From the NCBI GenBank assembly GCA_020057295.1, contig JAGVGF010000003.1, positions 64,001 through 128,000 of the forward strand: a DNA stretch of 64,000 bases, given 5' to 3'. This stretch comes from an archaeon. GTDB taxonomy: Archaea; Nanobdellota; Nanobdellia; Woesearchaeales; UBA9642. Positions 31,135-40,838 of the stretch are shown here, piece by piece; the first letter of the stretch is position 1; each line of letters starts with the position of its first letter. The position numbers and the translations under genes are program-made. The notes under the pieces are model-generated. The model saw only the letters and a program-made list of their open reading frames with translations. It had not been told where the DNA came from and ran no database searches.

Positions 31135-32442
31135 ATGAAACATGTAAAGATTCTATTAGAGAACGAACATCTTGAAGGATTATTAATTAAAGAAGATGAT
31201 AAACATTTAGCTCTCAAATTATCTAATGGATATAATATCGGAATAAGTAAAAACAGAATAAAGAAAATTGAAGACATAAATTCTCGTGAAGATTTAGTTA
31301 AAGAACAACATTCCGAAAGGGTGCATAAAGAAATAGTCCAACATGTTTCGAAAGATGCAGTCAGTGATTTGCCTAAAGTTTTAATTTTACATACTGGAGG
31401 AACTATTGCAAGTAAAGTTGATTATCAAACTGGTGCAGTAACTCCTAAATTTACTCCTGAAGAATTGAATTCTATGTTTCCAGAAATAAAAGATATTGCA
31501 AATATAGAGAGTAGATTATTTAGGAATATGGCTTCTGATGATATGAGATTTTCTCATTACAACCTTATCGCAAAAGAGATTGAGAAAGAATTAACTGAAC
31601 ATAAAGATCTAAAAGGAATCATAATTACGCAAGGAACAGACACGATACATTATACGAGTGCAGCTCTTAGCTTTATTTTTGAACATTTACAAATTCCTGT
31701 GGTTATTGTTGGTTCACAACGTAGCTCTGATCGGGGAAGTTCTGATGCGGCAATGAATTTGATTAGTGCTGTAGCATTTATTGCAAATACAAGCCTTAAA
31801 GGAGTGTTTATATGTTTTCATGAAAATATTTCAGATGAATCATGCATAATACTTAACGGTCTTAATGCTAAAAAATTGCATTCATCAAGAAGAGATGCAT
31901 TTAAGCCAGTAAATGTTCCTTCAATCGCAAGGATAGATTATAATACTAAAAATATAGAATATGTTTCAGAACATCCAGAATCATCATTAAATAGTCCAGG
32001 AAAATTAAAATTGCATTTATTTAATGAAGATTTGAAGATTGGAATGTTAGTTTCTCATCCTAATATGTTTGCTGCAGAAATAGAACCTTTCTTGAAAGGA
32101 TTTGATGGAATAATTTTACAAGGAACAGGATTATGTCATTTTCCAATAAATGAAATTGATGAATTTACGAAAGAGCACACTAAAATAAAAGATGTTTTAA
32201 CAGAATTATCTAGTAAAATTCCTGTGGTTATGAGTTTGCAAACAGTTTACGGAAGCGTAAACATGAATGTATATAGGCCAGGAAAAGCATTAATAGAAAT
32301 GGGGATTATAGGAAATTATTCTTCATTGATAACGGAAACCTCGTTCATAAAACTTTCTTGGTTGTTATCGCAAAAACTTGATCCTAAAGAATATTTTATG
32401 AAAGATTTACGAGGAGAATTCTTGGTTAAATCTGTCGAGTAA
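31135..32442 (+). CDS. gatD: Glu-tRNA(Gln) amidotransferase subunit D
   Basis: KLSNGYNIG N-domain, TGGTIASKVDY.TGAV, GTDT, GSQRSSDRGSSD, HSSRRDAF. Confidence 0.93.
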   Translation: MKHVKILLENEHLEGLLIKEDDKHLALKLSNGYNIGISKNRIKKIEDINSREDLVKEQHSERVHKEIVQHVSKDAVSDLPKVLILHTGGTIASKVDYQTGAVTPKFTPEELNSMFPEIKDIANIESRLFRNMASDDMRFSHYNLIAKEIEKELTEHKDLKGIIITQGTDTIHYTSAALSFIFEHLQIPVVIVGSQRSSDRGSSDAAMNLISAVAFIANTSLKGVFICFHENISDESCIILNGLNAKKLHSSRRDAFKPVNVPSIARIDYNTKNIEYVSEHPESSLNSPGKLKLHLFNEDLKIGMLVSHPNMFAAEIEPFLKGFDGIILQGTGLCHFPINEIDEFTKEHTKIKDVLTELSSKIPVVMSLQTVYGSVNMNVYRPGKALIEMGIIGNYSSLITETSFIKLSWLLSQKLDPKEYFMKDLRGEFLVKSVE

Positions 32443-32548
32443 TGCATAATCGCTGTAAAACATTTTTTTAAAGCGAATTAGTCTTATTTTGTCTTCTTTT
32501 ATCTAAATAGACATTTAAAATGCTTATATTACTCTATAAACGTCTTTC

Positions 32549-32673
32549 TTAGTGTTTAAATTACACTATTATATTCTCGAGTACAACAATATTTATATAT
32601 TACTTAGTGTTTACAATACAATAAGCTAATTAAAGTTTGATTAACAAAATACTAAGTGTAAAAGATACACAAA
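32549..32673 (+). promoter_or_regulatory. NAD-operon promoter with four NrtR-like operators
   Basis: TTAGTGT-N7-ACACTAT (32549), TATA TTTATATA (32592), TTAGTGT-N7-ACAATAA (32604), TTAAAGT-N7-ACAAAAT (32630), TAAGTGT-N7-ACACAAA (32653). Confidence 0.75.
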
Positions 32674-32700
32674 GGTTAATTCGAAATCAATGAGGTCAAA

Positions 32701-34080
32701 ATGAAATTAACACATCCAGAAGAAACGGATTTATACAATGAAACAATGGATAATTTAGGTCCGAAAGAAACAGAAACAGGTTATTCAGTATGGCAGGCTA
32801 TTCCACGAGATGTTAACAAATATTTCAAACCACGAGTAATGGCTGGCACTAGAGCAATACTTAGAGATTTCTTAGACAGGAGTGATGGAGGCCTGGAACT
32901 ATGCATACTACAAGATGGTATGCCCTTTCTTCCAGGAGATCCTGTCGTTCAAGTAATAGGAGAAAAAAGTCAAGCAAGAAAATTAGAAGCTAAAATTCTA
33001 TCAACATTATTCTATATGACAGAAGTAGCAACAAGAACGAAAGAGTTAATAGATTTAGTAGGCGCTGACAGATTAATAGAAGTAGGAATGAGAGGATCAG
33101 CTCCAGGCGCATGGACATACAGTGCAGAAGCATTTTTGATTGGCGGAGGAAAATTAACTTCTAACACAACACTTCGAAACGTTCCCGGATTAGTTGAAGG
33201 AAGAGATTACAAATTAGTTGGAACAACAGGACACTCACTATATATGGAATACTTAGCAGCAGGATATACACAAAAAAATACATTCAAGATAATATTAGAA
33301 AAATTTGAGAAAAATTATTCTGGAAGACCATGTTCAATATTAGTAGATACGGTTGAACCAATGCTTGGAATAAACCAAGCATTAGATGTAATTAAGGAAA
33401 GAAAAAAAATCAGCGGACAGACACACTATATAAGATTAGATTCAGGAGATTTACTCAGTCAAGCGATTTATGCACTAAGAGAAACAGTTGAAGAAATACC
33501 TGATTTCAAAGTAATAATTGAAGACGGATTAACTGCAGATAAAATAAAACATTACGAAGCAGAAATACAAAAAGCAGGCTTCGATCCAAAGAAACACATC
33601 ATATATGGTGCAGGAGGATACTTCTTTAACAACATAACAAGAGACAGTAATGGTGCATGGGCATATAAGCCATCAGTCTATAGAACAACAAATAACGGAG
33701 ACGTAGATGTAGTAAAACTTTCTGGAAATATACTAAAGCAATCATTGCCAGGTCTAATAGGAATATCTTATGATGTTCTTGGAAAGAGATTGAATGTTCA
33801 TAACAGATATGCAGCAAACAGGATTATTACAGGAGAAACTTCTCAGGCGTATCTTGACAAAAGCATTGATGAATTAAAAAATGAAGCAAAATATTACTGG
33901 GGAAAAATGCAAGATATGCCAAAGAAATGGTATGCTGCGTATGATTTAAGTGACGAATTAACACAGATGCAGCATGATGCAGTAAAAAGAACTTACGAGT
34001 TCGGATACAAAACTATTTCATCAGAAGATTCAACACAATCTAAACAGAATCTAAAATTAGTTGTAAACGATTCTGTGTGA
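32701..34080 (+). CDS. pncB: Nicotinate phosphoribosyltransferase
   Basis: TDLY, EVGMRG, TSN, GTTGHS (phospho-His site), LVDT, IRLDSGDL, YK..VKLS..K.SLPG. Confidence 0.8.
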   Translation: MKLTHPEETDLYNETMDNLGPKETETGYSVWQAIPRDVNKYFKPRVMAGTRAILRDFLDRSDGGLELCILQDGMPFLPGDPVVQVIGEKSQARKLEAKILSTLFYMTEVATRTKELIDLVGADRLIEVGMRGSAPGAWTYSAEAFLIGGGKLTSNTTLRNVPGLVEGRDYKLVGTTGHSLYMEYLAAGYTQKNTFKIILEKFEKNYSGRPCSILVDTVEPMLGINQALDVIKERKKISGQTHYIRLDSGDLLSQAIYALRETVEEIPDFKVIIEDGLTADKIKHYEAEIQKAGFDPKKHIIYGAGGYFFNNITRDSNGAWAYKPSVYRTTNNGDVDVVKLSGNILKQSLPGLIGISYDVLGKRLNVHNRYAANRIITGETSQAYLDKSIDELKNEAKYYWGKMQDMPKKWYAAYDLSDELTQMQHDAVKRTYEFGYKTISSEDSTQSKQNLKLVVNDSV

Positions 34081-34122
34081 ATATAATTTGATAATATTAT
34101 GGCTGACAAAATAACAAATAAC

Positions 34123-34143
34123 TTAGTGTTAATTTAACAATAA
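34123..34143 (+). promoter_or_regulatory. NrtR-like operator upstream of pncA
   Basis: TTAGTGT-TAATTTA-ACAATAA, same half-sites as the 32604 site. Confidence 0.7.
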
Positions 34144-34171
34144 GAAAAGAAGATTATTGGAGGAAAATAAA

Positions 34172-34858
34172 ATGAAAACAAACGACTTAAAAGAAATGAG
34201 CAAAGAAAATACATTTTTTTACATGGTAGATATGCAAAACGATTTCGTGAAACCAGGAGGAGCATTATACGTTCCAAAAGCAGAAACGCTAATATCGACG
34301 ATACAAAAATTACAAGGATATGCAAGAAAGAACGGGATAAGAGAATACGCAAGCGTTGACAATCATTTCTACAGTGATGCGGAGATATCTGATAATCCTA
34401 CATGGTCTACAACATTCCCTCCACATTGTATGGATGGAACAGTAGGACAAAAGATTGTTGATGAATTAACAATTCCAGATGTATTTCCTATTGTAAACAA
34501 GATTGATGAAAAGGGAACAAAAAACGAAATCAATATTTATGATTTAAAGAGCGGCTTAACATATAATAGAAACGTTGTTTTCAGTAAGCAATCTACAGAT
34601 GTAACGACGAATCCACATTTTGCAGCAGCGATGAGTTATCTGAAAAGCGAAGGCGTAAGAAATGTGGTAGTATATGGTGTGGCAACAGATTATTGTGTAA
34701 AAGATGCAGTATCGGGTCTTCTTGCAAATGGTCTTGACGTATTTGTTGCCCAAGATGCAATAACAGGCATAGTTCCAGAGAACTGCAAAAAAACACTGGA
34801 CGATTTCATAACAAAGAATGTCAAGCTGATACAAACTTCAGACTTGTTAAGTCAATAA
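34172..34858 (+). CDS. pncA: Nicotinamidase (isochorismatase family)
   Basis: VDMQNDF..GGAL.V, D.H, FPPHC, K, GVATDYCV. Confidence 0.88.
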   Translation: MKTNDLKEMSKENTFFYMVDMQNDFVKPGGALYVPKAETLISTIQKLQGYARKNGIREYASVDNHFYSDAEISDNPTWSTTFPPHCMDGTVGQKIVDELTIPDVFPIVNKIDEKGTKNEINIYDLKSGLTYNRNVVFSKQSTDVTTNPHFAAAMSYLKSEGVRNVVVYGVATDYCVKDAVSGLLANGLDVFVAQDAITGIVPENCKKTLDDFITKNVKLIQTSDLLSQ

Positions 34859-34876
34859 AAACTAAAGGTGATTTCA

Positions 34877-35806
34877 ATGACAAACAAAAATTTAACAAAT
34901 AAAAATTCGATGAGAAAAATAAATTTACCTCACATGAATCCTAAAATTGTAAGTGAAGAGATAGGATCATTCGTTATCGAGACAGTAAATTCTGTAAATG
35001 CATCAGGATGTGTCATAGGATTATCGGGTGGTATTGACTCTAGCACGACTGTTGCCTTAATAAAAAATGCATTCGATATCTACAACAGCAGTCATGAGAA
35101 AAAATTAGAAGTTGTAGGATACATATTGCCCTCTAAAATCAACAGCGCAAAAGATACAGAAGATGGTGTGCGTATAGCTGACATTTTGAAAGTACGTTAT
35201 GAAGTGATAAATCTTGACAGAGCTATTGAGGGATTCAAGACAACAAATCCTGAGGCATTTGAAAGAAGATATGATCAAGGAAATATGATTTCTAGAATAA
35301 GAGCAAACGTTCTATCAACAAAAGCAGCAATAGAAAATAAAATAATTGCAGGCACAGGCAATAAGGATGAAGATTTTGGTGTAGGATATTATACTTTATT
35401 TGGAGATGGAGCAGTTCATCTAAGTCCTATAGGCGGGTTATCAAAAAGACTTGTGAGACAAATGGCGGAGCATTTAGGATTGCCGAAAGATTTAGTGTAT
35501 AGAGAACCTACAGCTGGATTGGAACATGGACAAACAGATTTCACAGATTTAGGGTATAAATATGATGTTGTGGAACTAGTTACAGAAGGCATTCATCAAG
35601 GATTTAGTGTTGACGAATTGATATCTCATGAACAAATAAAACCTTTGGTCGAATCGCAGATAAAAATGCTGACGAACCCTAAATTACAAACTGTAGACGC
35701 AGTAGTTTATGATATTATGCGAAGACATGAAATCGCAAATGCAAAGGTAAAGATAATACATCCGCCAGCAGCGCCTATAACATTAGGTTATAATGGATAT
35801 AGTTAA
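34877..35806 (+). CDS. nadE: NH3-dependent NAD+ synthetase
   Basis: GLSGGIDS, GN..SRIR, GTGNKDE..GYYTLFGDG, PTAGL..GQTD; no glutaminase domain. Confidence 0.92.
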   Translation: MTNKNLTNKNSMRKINLPHMNPKIVSEEIGSFVIETVNSVNASGCVIGLSGGIDSSTTVALIKNAFDIYNSSHEKKLEVVGYILPSKINSAKDTEDGVRIADILKVRYEVINLDRAIEGFKTTNPEAFERRYDQGNMISRIRANVLSTKAAIENKIIAGTGNKDEDFGVGYYTLFGDGAVHLSPIGGLSKRLVRQMAEHLGLPKDLVYREPTAGLEHGQTDFTDLGYKYDVVELVTEGIHQGFSVDELISHEQIKPLVESQIKMLTNPKLQTVDAVVYDIMRRHEIANAKVKIIHPPAAPITLGYNGYS

Positions 35807-35822
35807 AATCGGTGTGATTAAA

Positions 35823-36869
35823 ATGAAACAAATTGAAGAGCTCGTTGGAAAAAGCTATATGACATGTTCAGCATGTATGTCTGTATGGGCTGATGGTTTG
35901 AGCTGGGCCAATGCACATACTGAAGCAGTGACAACCAAACTTTCCGAGGCAGATAATATTATTGTATTATCCTGTCAAGTTACGGATTTAGCTGTACTGA
36001 GTGATTTACGAACCATAGAAAAATATCATTCAATGTTTCCTGAGAAGAATTTTTTCATTAGCGGATGTCTGGCAAAACGCGAAGATGTTTCATTGCCAAG
36101 TTTTGCTGAAAGATTAGATACTCCGCGAGAGAATTATCAATTCATAACTAATCGTCGACTTGTGAATTTCGAAAAACCTTTTTGGACTCCAGAATTTAGT
36201 GAACAAGATTCAGACAAGGTTGATGGACATCTATTCAGAGATATGTATCCATTGCGTATAAGCAAGGGTTGTCCAAAAAAGTGTTCTTATTGTACTATAA
36301 GAATTACACGCGGAGATTTCGAGAAATTAGAAACATCACTCTTGGAGAAAGAATTCTTGAAATTTGATGATATACTATTAATTGCAGACAGCCCGACGGT
36401 TAGTCAAATCAAACAATGGTATGGCATTGCATTGAAACATCAAAAACCTTTTTCGATAAGAAATGTCGAACCTTCTGTGACTGTGGCGTGTCGTGAAGAA
36501 TTAAATGATTTGGCAGATAAAGGATTGTTAAAGGTTTATCATTCTCCTGTTCAGAGTTCAAATCCCGAAGTTTTACTAGATATGCGTCGTCCTGTAAATG
36601 CGACTTTAGAAACTATGGCTATAGCTAGTGAATTAAAAAATAAAGGTGTGTATATAGCGACTAATATCATAATCGATTATAAAAACTATTCTCAAGATTT
36701 TAGCAAGATATATGCATTGTATGATTATGTTAGTTGGAATCCTCTATGGGATGGTGTTTGGAATAGAGATAAGGCCGAGAAAAGATTTGATTTGTATATT
36801 AATTCAGGGATAGTTCCTGGAGAAGTTGAAAGAGCACTTGTAAATTGTGGAAAATCATTATCAAAATAA
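35823..36869 (+). CDS. MiaB/RimO-like radical SAM methylthiotransferase lacking a TRAM domain
   Basis: N-terminal three-Cys MTTase pattern (ACMSV, ADNIIVLSCQV, ISGCLA), ISKGCPKKCSYC..RG, HSPVQS....VL.DMRR. Confidence 0.8.
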   Translation: MKQIEELVGKSYMTCSACMSVWADGLSWANAHTEAVTTKLSEADNIIVLSCQVTDLAVLSDLRTIEKYHSMFPEKNFFISGCLAKREDVSLPSFAERLDTPRENYQFITNRRLVNFEKPFWTPEFSEQDSDKVDGHLFRDMYPLRISKGCPKKCSYCTIRITRGDFEKLETSLLEKEFLKFDDILLIADSPTVSQIKQWYGIALKHQKPFSIRNVEPSVTVACREELNDLADKGLLKVYHSPVQSSNPEVLLDMRRPVNATLETMAIASELKNKGVYIATNIIIDYKNYSQDFSKIYALYDYVSWNPLWDGVWNRDKAEKRFDLYINSGIVPGEVERALVNCGKSLSK

Positions 36870-36896
36870 AATTTAATAATTATTCGGAGGCAAAGT

Positions 36897-37901
36897 ATGA
36901 ATATAGGATTATATGGTGGAAGTTTTAATCCCGTGCATAATGCACATTTAGATATTATTAAAGATATCTTGTCAAAAAAACTCGTTGATCAAGTATGGAT
37001 TCTGCCTTGTAAGAATCATGCATTTGACAAAGAGTTGGCACCAATTGATAATCGTTTGGAAATGTTAGAGTTAGCTTTATCAGATTTAAAATCTGATTCT
37101 CATCTTCCTGTGAGAGTAGATTTGACAGAATTAGAGATGTCAGGAAAGAGTTATACTTCTGATACTGTAAAATTATTACGAGAAAAATATTCTTCTGAAA
37201 AATATAGATTTAGTTTTATTTGCGGTGCTGATGTCTTGCCCACATTTGATAAATGGCATGATGTTGAATATATTAAAAAAACCCTTCCAATAATTTTAGT
37301 CAAACGTCCAGGATACATTATTAATTCAACTATAAGAGAAAATTTGCTCCTAGATGCAATAATAGAAAATGATAGCAATATATCTTCTTCTATAATAAGA
37401 GAGCGTATAGCGTTGAATAAATCTCTCGCGGATCTTGTTCCGCAAAAAGTAGAAGAATATATAAATATTCATAAATTATACTCTAACATGGTCAGATATA
37501 CTAATCCTGCAAGTACTGTAGATTTAATAGTTCCAACACAAAAAGGAATAGTTTTCATTAAAAGAAAACATCCTCCATTCAAGGGTAAATGGGCTTTTCC
37601 AGGAGGATATCTTAACACTGATAAAGAGACTTTAGAAGAAGCAGGTGTCAGAGAGCTTTTTGAAGAAACACATCTTGTCGCAAAGCCAGAAGACTTAGTG
37701 TTGATGGGTGCATATTCTGAACCTAAACGCGATCCGCGCGGACATGTCATTGCTCATGCTTATATCGTAACAAAATTTTCTGGGACATTAAAAGCAGATG
37801 ATGATGCAGCTGAAATCGCTGTGTTTAAAATCAAACCTGAAGATTTGGCTTTTGACCATTCAAGAGTATATGATGATTACATTAAAAAATATGGTGTATA
37901 A
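36897..37901 (+). CDS. nadD: Nicotinate-nucleotide adenylyltransferase fused to a Nudix (ADP-ribose pyrophosphatase-like) domain
   Basis: GGSFNPVHNAH, SYT.DT, GAD, ISSSIIR; C-terminal WAFPGG...RELFEET and RDPR. Confidence 0.88.
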   Translation: MNIGLYGGSFNPVHNAHLDIIKDILSKKLVDQVWILPCKNHAFDKELAPIDNRLEMLELALSDLKSDSHLPVRVDLTELEMSGKSYTSDTVKLLREKYSSEKYRFSFICGADVLPTFDKWHDVEYIKKTLPIILVKRPGYIINSTIRENLLLDAIIENDSNISSSIIRERIALNKSLADLVPQKVEEYINIHKLYSNMVRYTNPASTVDLIVPTQKGIVFIKRKHPPFKGKWAFPGGYLNTDKETLEEAGVRELFEETHLVAKPEDLVLMGAYSEPKRDPRGHVIAHAYIVTKFSGTLKADDDAAEIAVFKIKPEDLAFDHSRVYDDYIKKYGV

Positions 37902-37902
37902 C

Positions 37903-38772
37903 ATGAATATAAAAAATGTTTTAATAACCACTAAGCAAACAGCCTTAGAATATTATAGGCAAAATTATGATGTTCCGGAGGAAGTAATTCCTGCTGATTT
38001 GTTAGTGTCTAAAAAGCGAGAGCATTCTGAGCATTATAATTCTATAAAAATAATTAAAGATGCTTTAGAGAAACATAACATATCTTATCATGTTGTGTAC
38101 ATGCCTTATGCTGCGCACGAGGAGTTTATTGGCAGAGATCTTGTTATAGCTGTTGGTGGCGATGGTACTGTATTAAATACGGCTAGATATATCAGAGATA
38201 ATACTCCTTTACTAACTGTGAAATCAGAAGGTGATAGTGTGGGTGCTTTGTGTACTATTAAAGCCAAAGACTTTGTTGAAACTTTTGAAAAGATACTTTC
38301 TGGAAATTTTAGGATAGAATTATGGAATAGAGCTGAAGGAAAATTTGGTAACAAAACAGACATAGCTCTTAATGAAATAGCTATAGGAACCAAACATTTT
38401 AACGGTATGGCCACTTATGAAGTAAAGTTTGGTGATAAGAAAGAAATTCAGAGAAGCAGTAAAATAATTGTCAGTACAGGTGCAGGATCAACAGGATGGT
38501 ATAATAATATTCATAACAGTAACGGCGTATTTCATCCATCAATATCGGAATTAAGGTTTACAGTATCAGAGAGTATCAAGTCGCATAATTATAAGATGTT
38601 GCATGGTCATGTCATGCCCGGAGATGTTTTAGAGATAGTGTCTTTGATGGATACTGAAGGAACTATAAGTTTTGATGGTGATAAAAATAAGCGCATGTAT
38701 AATTTTCCTATTGGTCAAAAGATTTGTATAAAAATTTCTGACAAGCCGTTACATATGATTTTTACTAAATAA
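37903..38772 (+). CDS. nadK: NAD kinase
   Basis: GGDGT, ALNE, STGAGSTGW, FDG. Confidence 0.82.
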   Translation: MNIKNVLITTKQTALEYYRQNYDVPEEVIPADLLVSKKREHSEHYNSIKIIKDALEKHNISYHVVYMPYAAHEEFIGRDLVIAVGGDGTVLNTARYIRDNTPLLTVKSEGDSVGALCTIKAKDFVETFEKILSGNFRIELWNRAEGKFGNKTDIALNEIAIGTKHFNGMATYEVKFGDKKEIQRSSKIIVSTGAGSTGWYNNIHNSNGVFHPSISELRFTVSESIKSHNYKMLHGHVMPGDVLEIVSLMDTEGTISFDGDKNKRMYNFPIGQKICIKISDKPLHMIFTK

Positions 38773-38823
38773 TAATTCAGTTTAGTTATAGTTTATTTAG
38801 CTGTATATCAAGATGAGATAAAA

Positions 38824-39285
38824 ATGAAATATATTGAATGCCCGGAAAATTATGAGAAAGAATTAAATTCGCCAGTTTCTCTCTTCATTGCTGGAGGTAT
38901 CACTGGTTGTACTAATTGGCAGAACAAATTTATTGAGCTGCTTAAAGATGAAGATGTTGTTTTATTAAATCCTAGAAGAAAGATATTCTCTGAAAATGAT
39001 CCTAGCATTTCTGAACAGCAGATACTGTGGGAACATGTTTATCTAAAAAGTGCTGATGCGACTTCTTTTTGGTTTACTCCAGAAACGTTATGTCCTATAA
39101 CTCTATTCGAGTTAGGAAAACAACTTTCATTGAACAAGCCGTTGTTTGTAGGCATACATCCTGAATATGCTAGGAAAAAGGATTTGGAGATTCAGGTGAA
39201 ACTTATAAGACCAGATATTAAGATAGTATACGATCTAGAATCTCTTTCTTCTCAAGTAAAGAACTGGCTTAAGCAAAAAATTTAG
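38824..39285 (+). CDS. Nucleoside 2-deoxyribosyltransferase-like protein
   Basis: LFIAGGI...WQ, NPRR, QILWE, CPITLFELG. Confidence 0.8.
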   Translation: MKYIECPENYEKELNSPVSLFIAGGITGCTNWQNKFIELLKDEDVVLLNPRRKIFSENDPSISEQQILWEHVYLKSADATSFWFTPETLCPITLFELGKQLSLNKPLFVGIHPEYARKKDLEIQVKLIRPDIKIVYDLESLSSQVKNWLKQKI

Positions 39286-39317
39286 ATGTACAAATTTTTA
39301 TAATTATATTCTTTTGT

Positions 39318-40817
39318 TTAATCTACTTGTTTTTTCTCTGCTGCTAGAATCATATTAGTAGGAGGATATTCTATTTTCTCTAAGTTCTTTCCGTTCATTA
39401 CGTATAAATTAACTTTTCCCGTATACATTTTATCTATAATATATTTACTACTAAATGTTTTTGAACCATTAACTACTCTATATCCGATTTTGTTCAATTT
39501 TTTTGTCCAATCACTAAAACTCCAGAATCCAAATTCTTCGTGCATTTCACTCTTCCAATTATCCGTGTAGTTCATTTTACTTATGTACTCGTATGCATTC
39601 TGTAAGGTTGTTTTGATATATGTTTTGTTTTTTATAACTGTTTTAATATAGGTTATTTTTCTCTTATTGAAATCTTTGACAAACTGGAAAAATTTATGGT
39701 ATGTTGATAGTTGGTTTATTTTTCCAGAACTTTTTCCATCTGTGCTATTTAAATCCATATAGACTATTTTCTCTCCATGTTCTGGTCCGACCACATCACG
39801 TATTATTATTCTTCCACCATCTAATAACTGGTTATGCGTATGTTCCAAAACTTTTACAAGTTCTTTTTCACCAATATATGAGTACACTTCATGAAGAACT
39901 GAAGAGTATATAAATGAATTTATAGTGTTATTCTTAAAATTCTGATCCATGATATTTCTTCTATAAAAAAACACGAAAGGATTGGAGTAATCCTGTAACT
40001 TACAATATTCGTAGAATTTTCTTGTAGCTTCAATGCCTATTATATCTGATTCTGGAAAATTCTTTGCTAACAAGTTAATCAACGCTCCAGTTCCGCATCC
40101 AACATCAACAATTTTTCCTTCGCAAATGAAAGGCTTTATATCATTAAATTTGAATTCCATATTCTGGTCCATTCCTTTAGCATATGTTCCATAATCTCTG
40201 GTGTCTGTTATATCTGCATCTTCATTTAGTAATCCGTCCGAAAATAATTCTATTATTAAATCTCCTACATTATATTCTAAGAATATGTCTTGGGTTGCTG
40301 ATGAAGCATATTTTTTCCAATTATTGTCATTTTTCCAGTTTTTTCCTGATTTAACTAATATATTGATTACCTCAAAAGGTCTTAATGTTGAATACTTATT
40401 TTTTCTTTCATCTAAAAGTTCTGCTGGTAAATTTTTGAATTTTAATTTCCTAAATTGTTTAATAACATCTGGTGTAGAACAAGCAAGTATAGTGTTTGCT
40501 GGAGTTAATTTTTCCTGTCCTTGATAGAATATCTGACTTATTATGTATTTAGCGAATTTCTCTGTCTGTTGAACATCTGGTACAGGATATATTTTAACTT
40601 CACAGCCGAGATCCCTAGATAATTTTTCTATTGCCATAGATCTTAAGTATAAAGGCACAGGATTTCTTCTGGTGTTCGAATGATTTGCCGATGTTATTGC
40701 AAATATTATTTTATCAACTTTTAATCCATCAATACCTTGATCAACTATTGATCTTAAGTAAGTGTATTGAAAATTTGTTAACATATGATGTCTTCCAGGG
40801 AATAATATGCTTACCAT
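39318..40817 (-). CDS. NadM-like nucleotidyltransferase-fold domain fused to a class I SAM-dependent methyltransferase
   Basis: N-terminal FPGRHHMLTNFQ and ITSAN.SNTRRNP; C-terminal VDVGCGTG, SSVLHEVYSY, GGRIIIRD. Confidence 0.75.
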   Translation of the reverse strand: MVSILFPGRHHMLTNFQYTYLRSIVDQGIDGLKVDKIIFAITSANHSNTRRNPVPLYLRSMAIEKLSRDLGCEVKIYPVPDVQQTEKFAKYIISQIFYQGQEKLTPANTILACSTPDVIKQFRKLKFKNLPAELLDERKNKYSTLRPFEVINILVKSGKNWKNDNNWKKYASSATQDIFLEYNVGDLIIELFSDGLLNEDADITDTRDYGTYAKGMDQNMEFKFNDIKPFICEGKIVDVGCGTGALINLLAKNFPESDIIGIEATRKFYEYCKLQDYSNPFVFFYRRNIMDQNFKNNTINSFIYSSVLHEVYSYIGEKELVKVLEHTHNQLLDGGRIIIRDVVGPEHGEKIVYMDLNSTDGKSSGKINQLSTYHKFFQFVKDFNKRKITYIKTVIKNKTYIKTTLQNAYEYISKMNYTDNWKSEMHEEFGFWSFSDWTKKLNKIGYRVVNGSKTFSSKYIIDKMYTGKVNLYVMNGKNLEKIEYPPTNMILAAEKKQVD

Positions 40818-40838
40818 ACCATTATAAAAACCTAAACA

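Noticed and set aside
32549-32673. Possible mini-CRISPR array
   Set aside because: The repeats are degenerate 21-bp palindromes with irregular, mostly very short spacing, and no cas genes are present; they fit operators better.
32701-39285. Phage-type NAD reconstitution (NARP1/NARP2) or a NAD-depleting defence system
   Set aside because: The gene set is the deamidating PncA-PncB-NadD-NadE route; no ADPR-PP synthetase, sirtuin, clear TIR effector or viral genes are visible.
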